NCBI GenBank assembly: GCA_002269645.1
Contig: NIVC01000087.1
Coordinates: 744,001-808,000, forward strand
Direction: 5' to 3'
Source of the DNA: Macrostomum lignano
Lineage: Eukaryota
DNA length: 64,000 nt
A program made the position numbers and the translations under genes. This document shows positions 1 through 11,990 of the stretch, piece after piece. The notes beneath the pieces were generated by a model that made no database searches, was not told the origin of the DNA, and worked only from the letters and a program-made list of their open reading frames with translations. Each line of letters opens with the position of its first letter. Within the stretch, counting starts at the first letter, position 1.

Positions 1-610
1 CGTCTGCTGGCCGAGACGACTGGCCAGTCGGACCTCGCTGGTGACTCGGTGCAGGTCCTCCTTGAGCTTTTAAACGAGAAGAAACATGACGGATGGTTAT
101 CACTTGCTAGGGAATGTGTTGTGCTACAAGCTACAAAGATCACTTATTGCTATGGAGCTATCTAGGTTATTTCTACAACATGAAAATAATAAGCAACGAA
201 ACATTTTCAAAACACTCTACTCTACTAAAAGTAAAATGTACGATTAGTGAATCGCGGCTACAATGGCGTCTTTAGATTTTCGACTCGGATTTCCATATGT
301 AGGACAGGATGCTTTGTTTTTTAAAAAAAGTGTAGAAAGCTACTGAGGCAGTCAATTTTTATTACTAAATTTGGTGCTTGATAAGTTAAGAGTATAATGC
401 TCGCCTCACCCGATTCATATCTGCAGCCTGCCGATCAGTGGTATTTCTGTACAATGCCATGAGTTTATCGATAGACCTCAAATTCCTGTTGGTGTCCACT
501 AGCGCTGTATTAAGCGTAGACAGCTGCCCGCCAACGGACTGTGGCGGCGGGTAGGAGCTGGGCTCTGAATCGTACTGGTTTGAGTCAGAGTCGGGCGATA
601 AATCATCCAT
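1..610 (-). CDS. CEP128: 5' part of a CEP128-like centrosomal coiled-coil protein gene. Coding exon 1 is 610-410 and exon 2 starts at 66 and runs off the window.
   Basis: ATG at 610, donor CGG|GTGAGG at 410/409, acceptor tttaaaag|CTC at 67/66, phase 0. Spliced peptide LSTLNTALVDTNRNLRSIDKLMALYRNTTDRQAADMNR|LKEDL matches my recollection of the human CEP128 N-terminus (VNTITSTLQDTSRNLRQVDQMLGRYREYSNGQAGAIEHLKESL). Confidence 0.75.
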
Positions 611-3283
611 AGCTTGCACAGTGTGGCCACACTTGGAAAGTTCAGTGAACTAGGCCTAAATCAGCATGGCCGTGAAATGATAGATTTTCTTTGTTTCTCA
701 TGCATTTCATTAAGACCATTTGACAATTATTTGGATCTTAAATTGTGGAATAAAGATAATAATAATTTCTCTTTTATAGGAAATCCTAAATATTCCTGAT
801 ACTTCATTAGCAATAAACTTATAAATGTAGAAAAGCTCAGTCACTGTCAGTTTTTGTAAATAAACTATCAATATCTAATATTAAATAAAACAAATTAATA
901 CATGAAGTGATCTAGACAGAACCAACTTTGTACTGAAATTAAAGAAATTTGTACTAGCAGAGCCTGCATTGGTTAGTTAATTGTTGGGGCTAGATTTTGA
1001 ATTATTAAATTTATAAAAAGTGAGACAACTACAAGATACAACGCGACTGATTTTTTCTGTCTATTTCGGTGTGTTTATATTTTCTGAGGAGAGGCGTACA
1101 ATTAGATGATCATGAAATCTAAAAATTATTAATTAGAATTAGAGTATTTAATTTTAAGGCCATTATCAAAACGCATTAATTTTCGATGAAAAATTCATGC
1201 ACCCCTTAACATAAAGTAATCTGTCAATATTTAACAAAGTACGACTGGTAGTACTAAATGTTAAGTTTACTTACAATCTAAAATGAAGCAGAATTTCATG
1301 TTAAATATTGCCTCTACCGCTATAAAAAGATTAAATATTTCGAAGTTAGATACCAAGCATTGTGTTTTTATAAGTTTTTAAAACATTATTTAAGTACACA
1401 CAAAACATTTTTTAAAAACTATAGCTTTGTACAGCTACTTAGTTATAAATGATGTGTTTTTTAACACCGTTAAATTCTCGTTTTCAAACCGCTTATTAAA
1501 ATACGATGTGAATATTCCTGAATAGTGAATATAAGGACTACTCATTGCTCAAGTAGAACAGTAAACTACCGTTTCTTGGAAAATTTGAGAGGCGGGTTTT
1601 ATCTAAAAGTTACAATAAGGAGATAGATCTTCATTTCATCAGCACAAAAATTGATATTGCTTTTGACAAGAGGCAGACCCAATGTTCAATTTTCGATGTC
1701 TTGCCTTTCTTATAGCTCTATTGATATTTGTGAAGATTTCCAATCGATTATGTACATACATAACATACATTAAAACTTTTCAGGTTTAGAAATAGATTAC
1801 TTTTTTACAGAATATACAATTTTATCCCAGATTTTGAACAATTTTCATTACTCATCTACTGTACAAAAAGTTTTCAGAAGAGATGGCAAAAGTGATAGTG
1901 TCGTATCGCGTGACGATGTTTTATTTTATTTTATCGATTGACTAACAATGCTTCATTGAGCGTGACTAGTGTGTGCGTTCTTTTAAAACCCTTGTGCTTT
2001 TATGCATCAATTATTCTTACGTTCGCTTGTACCAAAAATATAAAAGTCGTCTCGTGAGCTCAGAGCTCAATACTTTTGGTTTCTCGCACTAACCACTATA
2101 GAGCTGTTTTAGTAAGGAGCAGACTACAGTTTGTAGTCCTGATATCCACCATTGAGTAGTAATTAAAAAGCAACGAAATCTCAAGTTGATTTGTATGAAC
2201 AAAAACGTCCAGTGGTGTATACACTCGTAACTACATGTTACACACTCCAATCAACATGATATACATGTACTCGTATATTTAATCCTATATACTAAAATTA
2301 GTAACTAAACAAAAAAAAATTAAAATGGAATAAAAATACGGCACTGGCAAACACATTTAATAGCTGGCTTGGAGAACAAGTTAGAAAAAAAGGACAAAAT
2401 TTCTAGCACAAAGACTTATAACTAAGTAGCAGTCATCTATCATTAGTTTACTAAACTATGCATAGAAATACAATAAAACACAATCAAATTGCACGATCTT
2501 AATAAGAAACAAATAAAATTATGAAAACGCAAGTAAAAAAGGAACGAGATTTCTTAATTAAATGAAAGATTCATCTGTATCGGTAGGTTTGAAAGTCGAT
2601 TGAAAATTTGAGCAGATAAAAAATTACTTTCTACACAGAAAACGGAGAATAAACTTAATCTTGTTACTATACAATACTTTATTAAGCTATCTTAATGTCA
2701 ATTAAAGACTTGGAATGCCCAAGAACCAGCTAAAAAGAATAGAAAAACGCAGTTATTTTATTTAATGAGTAGTACATGTAGCATTAAGGCTAAAAACATA
2801 AAAAATTAGACAAAACAAACAAAAAGCACTCAGGACTAATATCAGTAGTAGCTAACAGAGCACGGCAATAAAAAAGCTTTTTTTGCTAAAACAAACACAA
2901 CCAAATAGTCTCAGATACGAGCATAGTGCCAAGCGTAATGCTTGAAATTTAAGCAGCTAAAAAACAAGGTCAAGGAAACTAAGATAAGTTATCGTTTCTC
3001 CTATCTCTTTAATGTATATTCTTCTAGATGAAGTTTTCTTCTTTTTAGTTCGTCTATAGTAAAACCCTATTTGATGCAATGCATTCCGCAAAAAACTGTT
3101 CAGAGTACACACCATACTGTCGCTTTTTTCTAATTTCAACAGGTTTTAAAAATAAAACTTATAAATACACCTCCGCTCGAACACACCATATCAGAAGTCC
3201 TGAAGGTAAGATATTAACAGTTTTGTGAGATTAAGGCTTCAACAATAAAAGAACCGACCTGTCAACCATAAAAAGCCTCATAG

Positions 3284-3570
3284 GAAAATTGCTGAGATGT
3301 CAAGACTCATTTGGGGAATTGCTGAGATGTCAAGACTCATTTGGGGAATTGCTAAGATGTCAAGACTCATTTGGGGAATTGCTGAGATGTCAAGGCTCAT
3401 TTGGGGAATTGCTGAGATGTCAAGGCTTATGGAGGGAATTGCTGAGATGTCAAGGCTCATATGGGGAATTGCTGAGATGTCAAGGCTTACGGAGGGAATT
3501 GCTGAGATGTCAAGGCTCACGAAGGGAATTGCTGAGATGTCAAGGCTCATGTAGGGAATTGCTGAGATGC
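3284..3570. repeat. 30-bp minisatellite (caagactcatttggggaattgctgagatgt), about 9-10 copies, just 3' of the BCAT stop
   Basis: The period can be read directly (caagactcat at 3301 and 3331). It explains the 10-aa repeat ORFs at 3278-3616. Confidence 0.95.
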
Positions 3571-3643
3571 ATTCTAACGGTCCTTGCTTCCTTGCCTTGA
3601 AGTGAAATTCGCACAATCTTGCTAAGTGTCACGGCAAGCGAAC

Positions 3644-6377
3644 CTAAGCAACAATATCAGCCCAGGGATGCTGCGGAATCCGGCCGTATTGAATATCCGT
3701 GAGCGCCTTGAAGAATCGCATAGTAACGGGGGCGCCTTCGCTCATAGTTGGCACCTGGAGCAGCTGGCCCTGATAGCGGATGGCACCAACCGGATTCACC
3801 ACGCAGGCGGTGCCGCAGCCGAACATCTCCAACAGGCGGCCAGATTGAATGGCGTCCGCCACCTCCGGCATAGTGACATTTCGCTCAATAACTTCCCAGT
3901 CTCCCCATTGGCGGGCCAGCTCTAGCACGCTCGACCGGGTGATGCCGGGCAGAATGAGATCTTCAGTGAGCGCTGGGGTGACCAGCTGCGGCCGGCCAGA
4001 GCTCGGACAGCGCCAGAACAGGAACACATTCATAGTGCCAACCTCCGTGATCCGGTGCTCGGGCCCGAACAGCCACAGGACCTGCTGGCAGCCCTGCTCA
4101 GCGGCTAGCAACTGGATCCGACACGTCGGTCCGTAGTTCGAGCCCATCTTGCTTCTGCCAGCGCCGCCAGGCCAGGCCCGGGCGAATTCCGGATCAGCTA
4201 GCAGGGTCACCGGTTTGAACCCTGTCGGATAGTAGGGCCCAACCGGACCGGTGATGATAAATCTGAAACAAAAACCGGTGTAGACCTTTCAGAGTTGCTA
4301 CTTTAAGTAGCGTATAATAGTATTTTTGTCTCAGCCTCAGCAACCGTTTTGAGACTTTTTCCTCATCATAACTTGTTTATTTTATTATAACCAAGAGTAA
4401 GGCTACTTTAGGCAGGGTTCACTTTAAAAAACGAGAGATTTCCTGTTTTTTGAAGCCTAGTTTTTACTCGGTAAAAATACTAGTTTGTGAACTTTCTAGT
4501 TTGTGAGCTTACTAGTCTGTGAACTTACTAGTTTGTGAACTTTCTAGTTTGTGAACTTTCTAGTTTGTGAGCTTACTAGTTTGTGAACTTTCTAGTTTGT
4601 GAGCTTACTAGTTTGTGAACTTTCTAGTTTGTGAGCTTACTAGTTTGTGAACTTTCTAGTTTGTGAGCTTACTAGTTTGTGAACTTTCTAGTTTGTGAGC
4701 TTACTAGTTTGTGAACTTTCTAGTTTGTGAGCTTACTAGTTTGTGAACTTTCTAGTTTGTGAGCTTACTAGTTTGTGAACTTTCTAGTTTGTGAGCTTAC
4801 TAGTTTGTGAACTTTCTAGTTTGTGAGCTTACTAGTTTGTGAACTTTCTAGTTTGTGAGCTTACTAGTTTGTGAACTTTCTAGTTTGTGAGCTTACTAGT
4901 TTGTGAACTTTCTAGTTTGTGAGCTTACTAGTTTGTGAACTTTCTAGTTTGTGAGCTTACTAGTTTGTGAACTTTCTAGTTTGTGAGCTTACTAGTTTGT
5001 GAACTTTCTAGTTTGTGAGCTTACTAGTTTGTGAACTTTCTAGTTTGTGAGCTTACTAGTTTGTGAACTTTCTAGTTTGTGAGCTTACTAGTTTGTGAAC
5101 TTTCTAGTTTGTGAGCTTACTAGTTTGTGAACTTTCTAGTTTGTGAGCTTACTAGTTTGTGAACTTTCTAGTTTGTGAGCTTACTAGTTTGTGAACTTTC
5201 TAGTTTGTGAGCTTACTAGTTTGTGAACTTTCTAGTTTATGAGCTTACTAGTTTGTGAACTTTCTAGTTTGTGAGCTTACTAGTTAGTGAATTTTCTAGT
5301 TTGTGAGCTTACTAGTTAGTGAACTTTCTAGTTTGTGAGCTTACTAGTTAGTGAACTTTCTAGTTTATGAACTTTCTAGCTTGTGAACTTACTAGTTGGT
5401 GAACCTTTTAGCTTGTGAACTTTCTAGTTTTTGAGCTTACCAGTTTCTTATTCTTATTTGTTGCAATTGATGACTAGTTTGTGAAGATTCCTATTTGTTG
5501 CAATTGATGACTAGTTTGTGAAGATTCCTATTTGTTGCAATTGATGACTAGTTTGTGAAGATTCCTATTTGTTGCAATTGATGACTAGTTTGTGAAGATT
5601 CCTATTTGTTGCAATTGATGACTAGTTTGTGAAGATTCCTATTTGTTGCAATTGATGACTAGTTTGTGAAGATTCCTATTTGTTGCAATTGTTTGTTATC
5701 ATAATTTTTAGACTTATGATATTAAGAAGCAAATGTACGTCTCGTACGAAATATCCCCCGATAAAAAACACGTACAGCGTGGTCTCCTCAGCCGGGCCAA
5801 TGGCAATTCGCGGCTCCGACGCTATCATAGCAGGCCGGATGTACAGTGCGCCTTCCTGAGAGCGCGGCACCCAAGCCAGGTCGGTGCGCACCAGCTGACG
5901 CAAACAGTCGAGCAGTTCGCCCGGATCAAAGCTGGCCAGGGTGGCCCGTTCCGCACTAGCCCGCAGTCTCTTCATGTTCTCCAGCGGCCGGAATAGTCGC
6001 ACCCGATCGTCCACACCCCAGTAGCCTTTCAAACCTTCAAAGCATTCCAGGGCGTAGTGCAGCGCCTTTGTAGCTGGGTGCAGCGGCAGGCAGCGGATTG
6101 GTTCGATGCGAGGCCGCGACCAGCCAGTTGGTCCTGTGTGACGCGCGACCAGCATGTGGTCAGAGAACTGGGTGCCGAACACCAGGCTGTCAACTGAGGA
6201 TGGTCGGGTTTGCGGCTCCTTGGTTAGCTCAGTTTCTAAATCGGCAAAGCGGAAGGTGCTACTATTGCTGCTGCTGCTGCTGCAAGCAGTGGCCAGCTGA
6301 CGGGCATAATGCTGTTGCCATGGAAACAGCTGCTGCATCAGTTGATGGTAAACTTTATTAAACTTTAAAGGTTGCAT
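3644..6377 (-). CDS. BCAT: Branched-chain amino acid aminotransferase (PLP fold IV), probably mitochondrial. Exons 6377-5776 and 4262-3644, 406 aa.
   Basis: Motifs FGTQFSDHML, LHYALECFEGLK, LFRP, YIRP, K(M)GSNYG (PLP lysine), EVGTMN, ILPGITR, EMFGCGTAC. Donor CT|GTACGT and acceptor tttcag|A join in phase 2 to give TTLFIITGPVGPY. Total 1221 nt is divisible by 3. The N-terminus is Ser-rich and non-acidic, like a transit peptide; the exact start (6377 or the next ATG) is uncertain. Confidence 0.95.
4480..5450. repeat. 16-bp minisatellite organised as a 32-bp dimer (tagtttgtgaactttc + tagtttgtgagcttac) in the BCAT intron
   Basis: The two variants alternate strictly over most of the array. Confidence 0.95.
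5455..5692. repeat. 37-bp tandem repeat (tatttgttgcaattgatgactagtttgtgaagattcc), about 6 copies, in the BCAT intron
   Basis: Period 37 (ttgcaattga at 5461 and 5498). Shares the core tagtttgtga with the adjacent 16-bp array. Confidence 0.9.
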
Positions 6378-6780
6378 GACTTTAGTGTGAATAATAAAGG
6401 TGGCTCTGAAATCTGGAACAAAAAGGTTTTGCAATGACAAAGAATTGTACAATGTCCAAAAGCAAAGCAAAACAGGATATCCTATATATGAAATATGCAT
6501 AGCATTCAAGGATGGGTAAAGACACTATGACAAAACAGAATAGAATATAAAAACTACATATGATTGCTAATTGATGCATAAGATAGCAAATAGTGGACAC
6601 TTTGACATTAGACACTGGTGCTAGCCACTTTGTTATGTCAAATCATTTTGGTACCTAGTTGTGGGGCCTATTGTTATTAGTAGAATGTTAGTGACTACAG
6701 GTTTAATCTAATTTGATGCTCTTTGTTTTATGAATGGCATTGATGTACATTGTACATAAAAATTATATCATAATTGTATA

Positions 6781-8094
6781 CGAGGTTCACTCAGAAAGTT
6801 CTTAGCCTGAACACGAAAACAGCAACAAATGAACTAAAAAACGACTACAAGTGCTCAAAATACTCTCCACCGGCATTGATACAGGCTTGCATCCTATGAA
6901 ACCAGCTGTTGAAGCAATGCCGCCAATCCTCATCCCGGAGCTCCTTGATGATGTTTTTGAATTCATTTACAGCTTCTTCCAGTGAAGAAAAGACCTGGCC
7001 CTTCAGAATCTCCTTGCACTTTGGAAACAGAAAAAAGTCGCACGGTGCCAGGTCTGGACTGTACGCAGGGTGAGTCATCAGCTGGACCCCACAGTCAGCC
7101 AGAAACTCGAGAGTTTGAGCCGCCATGTGCACACTGGCGTTGTCATGGTGCAGAAGCACCCCGCGCATTCCGCACCTTGGGCGCCTCTGGCTCATAGCAG
7201 AAAAGACTTTGGGTAGGCAAACTGTTGTGTACCAGTCAGCAGTGACTGTCTGGCGATCTTCAAGTGAAACAGAAGCCACATGCCCAGTGCGCATGAAGAA
7301 ACAGGCCACCATCTGCTTGCCAACACTCCAGCTGCGTCAAAACTTGGTGGGGCTGTCCTCATCTCCAAAGGTCCACATGGCTGACTGGCACTTGCTTTCG
7401 GGGTTGTATTGATAAATCCAGGTCTAATCGCCCGTGTGGATGTCCCAGATACACCAGCTGTCCCAGATTTGAATTTCTGCAGCATGAATTGGCACCAAGC
7501 CACCCTGGTGTCCTTCTGCACATCAGACAGCTGATGGGGGATCCACTAGGAAACCAGCTTCTGCATTCCAAGGTGTTAATGCAGAATAGCATGCACACTC
7601 CCCAATCCAATCTCCTGCTGGATCTGCTGGTAGGTCACTCGCCGGTTGCGGCAATCATGCTGGACATAGTGCAGATATTTTCTGGAGTCACTGTGTCACA
7701 GGGTCTCCCAGATTGATGTTCATCTTCGAGGCTTTCATGACCTCGGCGAAACTCAGCAAACCAGTTTTTGACAGTTGCGTATGAAGGACATTAGATAGAT
7801 GAAAACATTCTGTAAAGTTTGATACGAATCTGCCAGCAAATTGCCTTGCTTAAAGTGCAAGTACATCATTGCTCTGAAGTTGCAATTTTCTAGCTTCATT
7901 GTTGAATTGAAGAACTCAGGGGTGAACTGACTTTAACTCGCTGCAGTGGACTTAAAAGTGGCTGCTTCTATTTGAAAATTTTGCTGCGATACTTTTAAAA
8001 GTTAGTCTTTACCATAGAAAAATTTCATGCTTCTATGTCTTGTGGAATGTGGATCCTATCCTACTTAGGCTAAAGACTTTCTGAGTGACTCTTG
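6781..8094 (-). mobile_element. Full-length (1314 bp) mariner DNA transposon, inactive
   Basis: 28-bp TIRs at 6781-6808 (CGAGGTTCACTCAGAAAGTTCTTAGCCT) and 8067-8094 (23/28 identical). TA on both flanks. Internal transposase remnants. Confidence 0.95.
6845..7899 (-). pseudogene. Disrupted mariner DD34D transposase
   Basis: ATG at 7899 (MKLENCNFRAMM). Motifs SGRP, WIPHQL, TGD*TW (catalytic-region E replaced by a stop), HDNA and YSPDLAPCD with 34 residues between D2 and D3. Several stops and frameshifts. Confidence 0.92.
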
Positions 8095-8936
8095 TAATAT
8101 TGGAACGGTATGCAAAGGTTTATTATACTACTTTTAAAAGTTCAGCAAATGGCTTTTATGAAATAAGTTTTTAGTATATGAATCTTTAATAAAATAGAAA
8201 TTGCCTATAAATCATATGAAAAGTGCTCTTTCTTAGAAGGCTATATCTGCTATATCCCTAAGTATGATACTAAGGATATAGCTGCCATATCCAAAAATCC
8301 ATAAATCCTTCCTAATACTAAAACTGACATGTTGTTTGTCTGTCTGTATGTATGTTGCAAGTGAACTCCTACAATACTGCCAAGTCAACATCAAAACTTA
8401 TATGGGAAAACTGCAAATTTTCTGGATTTTTAATATTAGGAAGTCAGTAAAATACTTAGGCTAAAAGAATCGTCATGACATAAGTCATAATAGTTTAGAT
8501 TAGGCCTAGATTTATTTTTTATGCAATGCAATAAGGATGCTATATTCCATCCTGATCCTGAGTCCTGACTGTCAAAATTGCATCCTCAAATTAGACCTTG
8601 AATGCAATTTTGCATCCTAGCACCAGCGAAAAAGAAATAGGCAAGCTTTTTAGCAATGCCAACTCCAAGGCAATAGGCCCAGGCCGGGATGTTACATAGG
8701 CCTAATAGGCCTATCGCAACTTTCCAAATCGCATCCGGAAATTGGACTTTAGTTCTCAGCTCTACGAGTATTAGGGCATACTGACAGGCTGACTATAAGG
8801 CCGTAACCGTAAGCCTACGGAGAGATTGGCTAGGGCGGGGCCTATGCCTAGCCTAGGGGCCTAATAGTTTCGCTGATAACAATGTAGTGTAGGTTGGCCG
8901 TCGACCTATTTCTAGGAAAAGTATTTCGTCATCATA

Positions 8937-9196
8937 GGGCCTTTTCATATTACCAATTCCAGAACCAGAATCGGTTCGGAATTCCAAGAAAAACAGCAGT
9001 ATAACTATTAAACTCTGTTAATATTTGACTGCCTTAACAACCTAACTTAGCACAATTTTTCACTTTCTTCTTGGCGATTGTCATTCAATAATAAAAACTT
9101 TATAGCACGTATCTCCCTCTAGTTATGGAGACAAAAAGTTATACTTCACAAATTGGTTCTGGTTCTGGAACCAGAGCAAGCAATATGAAAAGGCCC
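8937..9196. mobile_element. 260-bp MITE, PIF/Harbinger-like (copy 1)
   Basis: TIRs GGGCCTTTTCATATT...AATATGAAAAGGCCC and 3-bp TSD ATA on both sides. A near-identical second copy lies at 9610-9871. Confidence 0.85.
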
Positions 9197-9265
9197 ATAG
9201 GCTATAAAGACTTAGAGCCTCTTCACGGCGATCGATCCAGAATATTGCCATTCAATGATCACAAT

Positions 9266-10369
9266 CAGTGTTGGGCACTTCCGTTACCGAGTAACTTGCA
9301 AATGGTAACGCAAGTTACTTTTTCGTAAAGCGTTCCTTACGCAAGTTACTTTTTTATTTTAGTAACGGAGTAACGGTAAGTTACTCAAATTTCGGAAGTC
9401 CGTTACAGTTACTTTGCAACAATCGCAATATTTAAATTAAAAACTGAAATGCTTAGCTAGTACGCCGGTTGTCACATGTTTTTGCATTTTTCATTCATAA
9501 ATTCAAAATTAAGTGAATAGTATCATATGGTATTGCGTTTAATTAATGAAGAAATACTTGAAACATGTATTACTTTGTCAATATTGGTAAAATATTTTCG
9601 CCTTTCATTGAGGCTTTTCATATTACCAATTCCAGAATCAGAATCGGTTCGGATCTTCCAAGAAAAACAGCAGTATAACTATTTAATTCTGTTGAATGTT
9701 TGACTGCCTTAACAACCTCACATAGCACAATTTTTCACTTTCTTCTTAGCGATTTTCATTCAATAATAAAAACTTTATAGCACGTATCTCCCTCTAGTTA
9801 TGGAGACAAAAAGTTATACTTCACAAATTGGTTCTGATTCTGGAACCAGAACTAGCTATATGAAAAGGCCCATTTTCGTTACTAAAAATTTTCAAGTTTG
9901 ATTCAAACAAACAACCAAAGAAAGAAATTCATCTGTAGCCTCCACAAGTCCCTCCACTGGCACTGCAGTACACTACACCATTTTATACAGTTCTATTTAT
10001 TTTACTCTATTGAATTATTGATATTCGTTTATTTTATCATTTATAATTTTAATTATTGATTGCCATTGCCCATTGGTCCTTCTATTTGCCTCACATCGTG
10101 TCGCCAATTCCTGTCTCTGTCTGTTAATCGGTTAATCCCAATGCCCAATGGCAAATTTCGGTAACAACAATGTGAAAAAATGTGCAATGTGAAAAAAGCA
10201 GAAAATTTTGTTAATAACATGGGTAACGGAAGTGAGTAACGGACAGTAACTTAAAAGTTACCAGGTTTTTGTCTAAAGTTACTAGGCTAACGTAAGTTAC
10301 TTTTTAAAAATTGGTAACTTAAGTTACAGTAACGCAAGTTACTTTTTTTAAGTAACTTGCCCAACACTG
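9266..10369. mobile_element. Non-autonomous hAT-superfamily element
   Basis: TIR CAGTGTTGGGCA...TGCCCAACACTG, perfect 8-bp TSD ATCACAAT (9258-9265 / 10370-10377) and multiple subterminal GTAAC/GTTAC motifs. Confidence 0.92.
9610..9871. mobile_element. 262-bp MITE, PIF/Harbinger-like (copy 2), nested in the hAT element
   Basis: Collinear with 8937-9196. 3-bp TSD ATT on both sides. Confidence 0.85.
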
Positions 10370-11054
10370 ATCACAATTTTAAAGCACTAAAATCTCTCTA
10401 GTTTAGGAGACAAAAAGTTATGCTTTACAAATCCTATATACTAAAAATGTGATGTCTATATATATATATATATATATATGTGATAGATTAGAGAAAAAAT
10501 GGCTGGACCGATTTTGTTCGAACTAGCACTGTTCGATCAGAAATTTTCCCGTGACGGTACATGCATCGTGGCTAAGAAATTGCTCGATGCTAAATGATTC
10601 GAAAAACATGCTTTTTTGCAAAGGTCAAGCAAACTTTTTGACTTGAAATGCATTGTAAGAATGCTAGAGAAAAAACTGACTGGTTGAATTCTGACTCTGA
10701 AATAGATTGCATCATAACTGAATTGTAACTCTGACTTGAATTGAAAATGCAGTGTGGAAGCGTAGCACCAGACTTGATTTAAATTGCGTAACCATTATTG
10801 TTAACTGATACTGACTGACTGAGAAACTGATTATGTCATAACTGCTTCGTGTGATTTACTCTATGCTTGGATTTTAAAGTGTTGAATTATTTAAGTGCAA
10901 AATTTCATGTTATCAAAACGATGAGAGCTAGCCTAGAGGTGAACAAACTGAACTGCTAAATGCAGCGACGATGGTTCGAATTTTCATAGAGTATAATTTT
11001 TTTAATTAAAGCTTTTCAACGTCAGGAAAACTAAAAGACTTTTTAAAAAGAATT

Positions 11055-11990
11055 GCGTCATGTAAAATCATAGAAGCGTCAATAAAAAATCATAGAAGCG
11101 TCATGTAAAAAATCTTAGAAGCGTCATGTAAACAATCATAGAAGCGTCATGTAAACAATCATAGAAGCGTCATGTAAACAATCATAGAAGCGTCATGTAA
11201 ACAATCATGGAAGCGTCATGTAAACAATCATAGAAGCGTCATTTAAAAAATCATAGAAGCGTCATATAAAAATCGTAGAAGCGTCATGTAAACAATCATA
11301 GAAGCGTCATTTAAAAAATCATAGAAGCGTCATTAAAAAATCATAGAAGCGTCATGTAAAAAATCGTAGAAGCGTCATGTAAAAAATCTTAGAAGCGTCA
11401 TGTAAACAATCATAGAAGCGTCACGTAAACAATCATAGAAGCGTCATTTAAAAAATCATAGAAGCGTCATATAAAAATCATAGAAGCGTCATATAAAAAT
11501 CGTAGAAGCGTCATGTAAACAATCATAGAAGCGTCATGTAAACAATCATAGAAGCGTCATGTAAAAAATCATAGAAGCGTCATGTAAACAATCATAGAAG
11601 CGTCAGGTAAACAATCATAGAAGCGTCATGTATTGAATCATAGAAGCGTCATGTAAACAATCATAGAAGCGTCATGTAAACAATCATAGAAGCGCCATGT
11701 AAAAAATCATAGAAGCGTCATATAAAAACATAGAAGCGTCATTTAAAAAATCATAGAAGCGTCATGTAAAAAATCATAGAAGCGTCATGTAAACAATCAT
11801 AGAAGCGACATGTAAACAATCATAGAAGCGTCGTGTAAAAATCATAGAAGCGTCATGTAAAAAATCATAGAAGCGTCATGTAAACAATCATAGAAGCGTC
11901 ATGTAAATAATCATAGAAGCGTCATGTAAAAATCATAGAAGCGTCAAGAAAAAATCATAGAAGCCTCATTTAAAAACTAATGAAAGTGTC
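11055..11990. repeat. 23-bp satellite type 1 (aatcatagaagcgtcatgtaaac) inside the first Helitron unit
   Basis: Direct tandem periodicity. Confidence 0.95.

Noticed and set aside
2283-2297. Exact Helitron 5' motif TCCTATATACTAAAA after an A
   Set aside because: Similarity stops after 15 nt in AT-rich DNA and there is no matching 3' end. A truncated relic or chance match cannot be distinguished.
3644-6377. Bacterial origin (horizontal transfer) of the intron-poor BCAT
   Set aside because: It has a canonical spliceosomal intron, a transit-peptide-like N-terminus and eukaryote-type motifs (EVGTMN, GTAC).
8310-8430. Helitron-like 5' end (tcctaatactaaaa...gtctgtctgtatgtatg)
   Set aside because: No convincing hairpin+CTAG terminus was found downstream, so boundaries cannot be supported.
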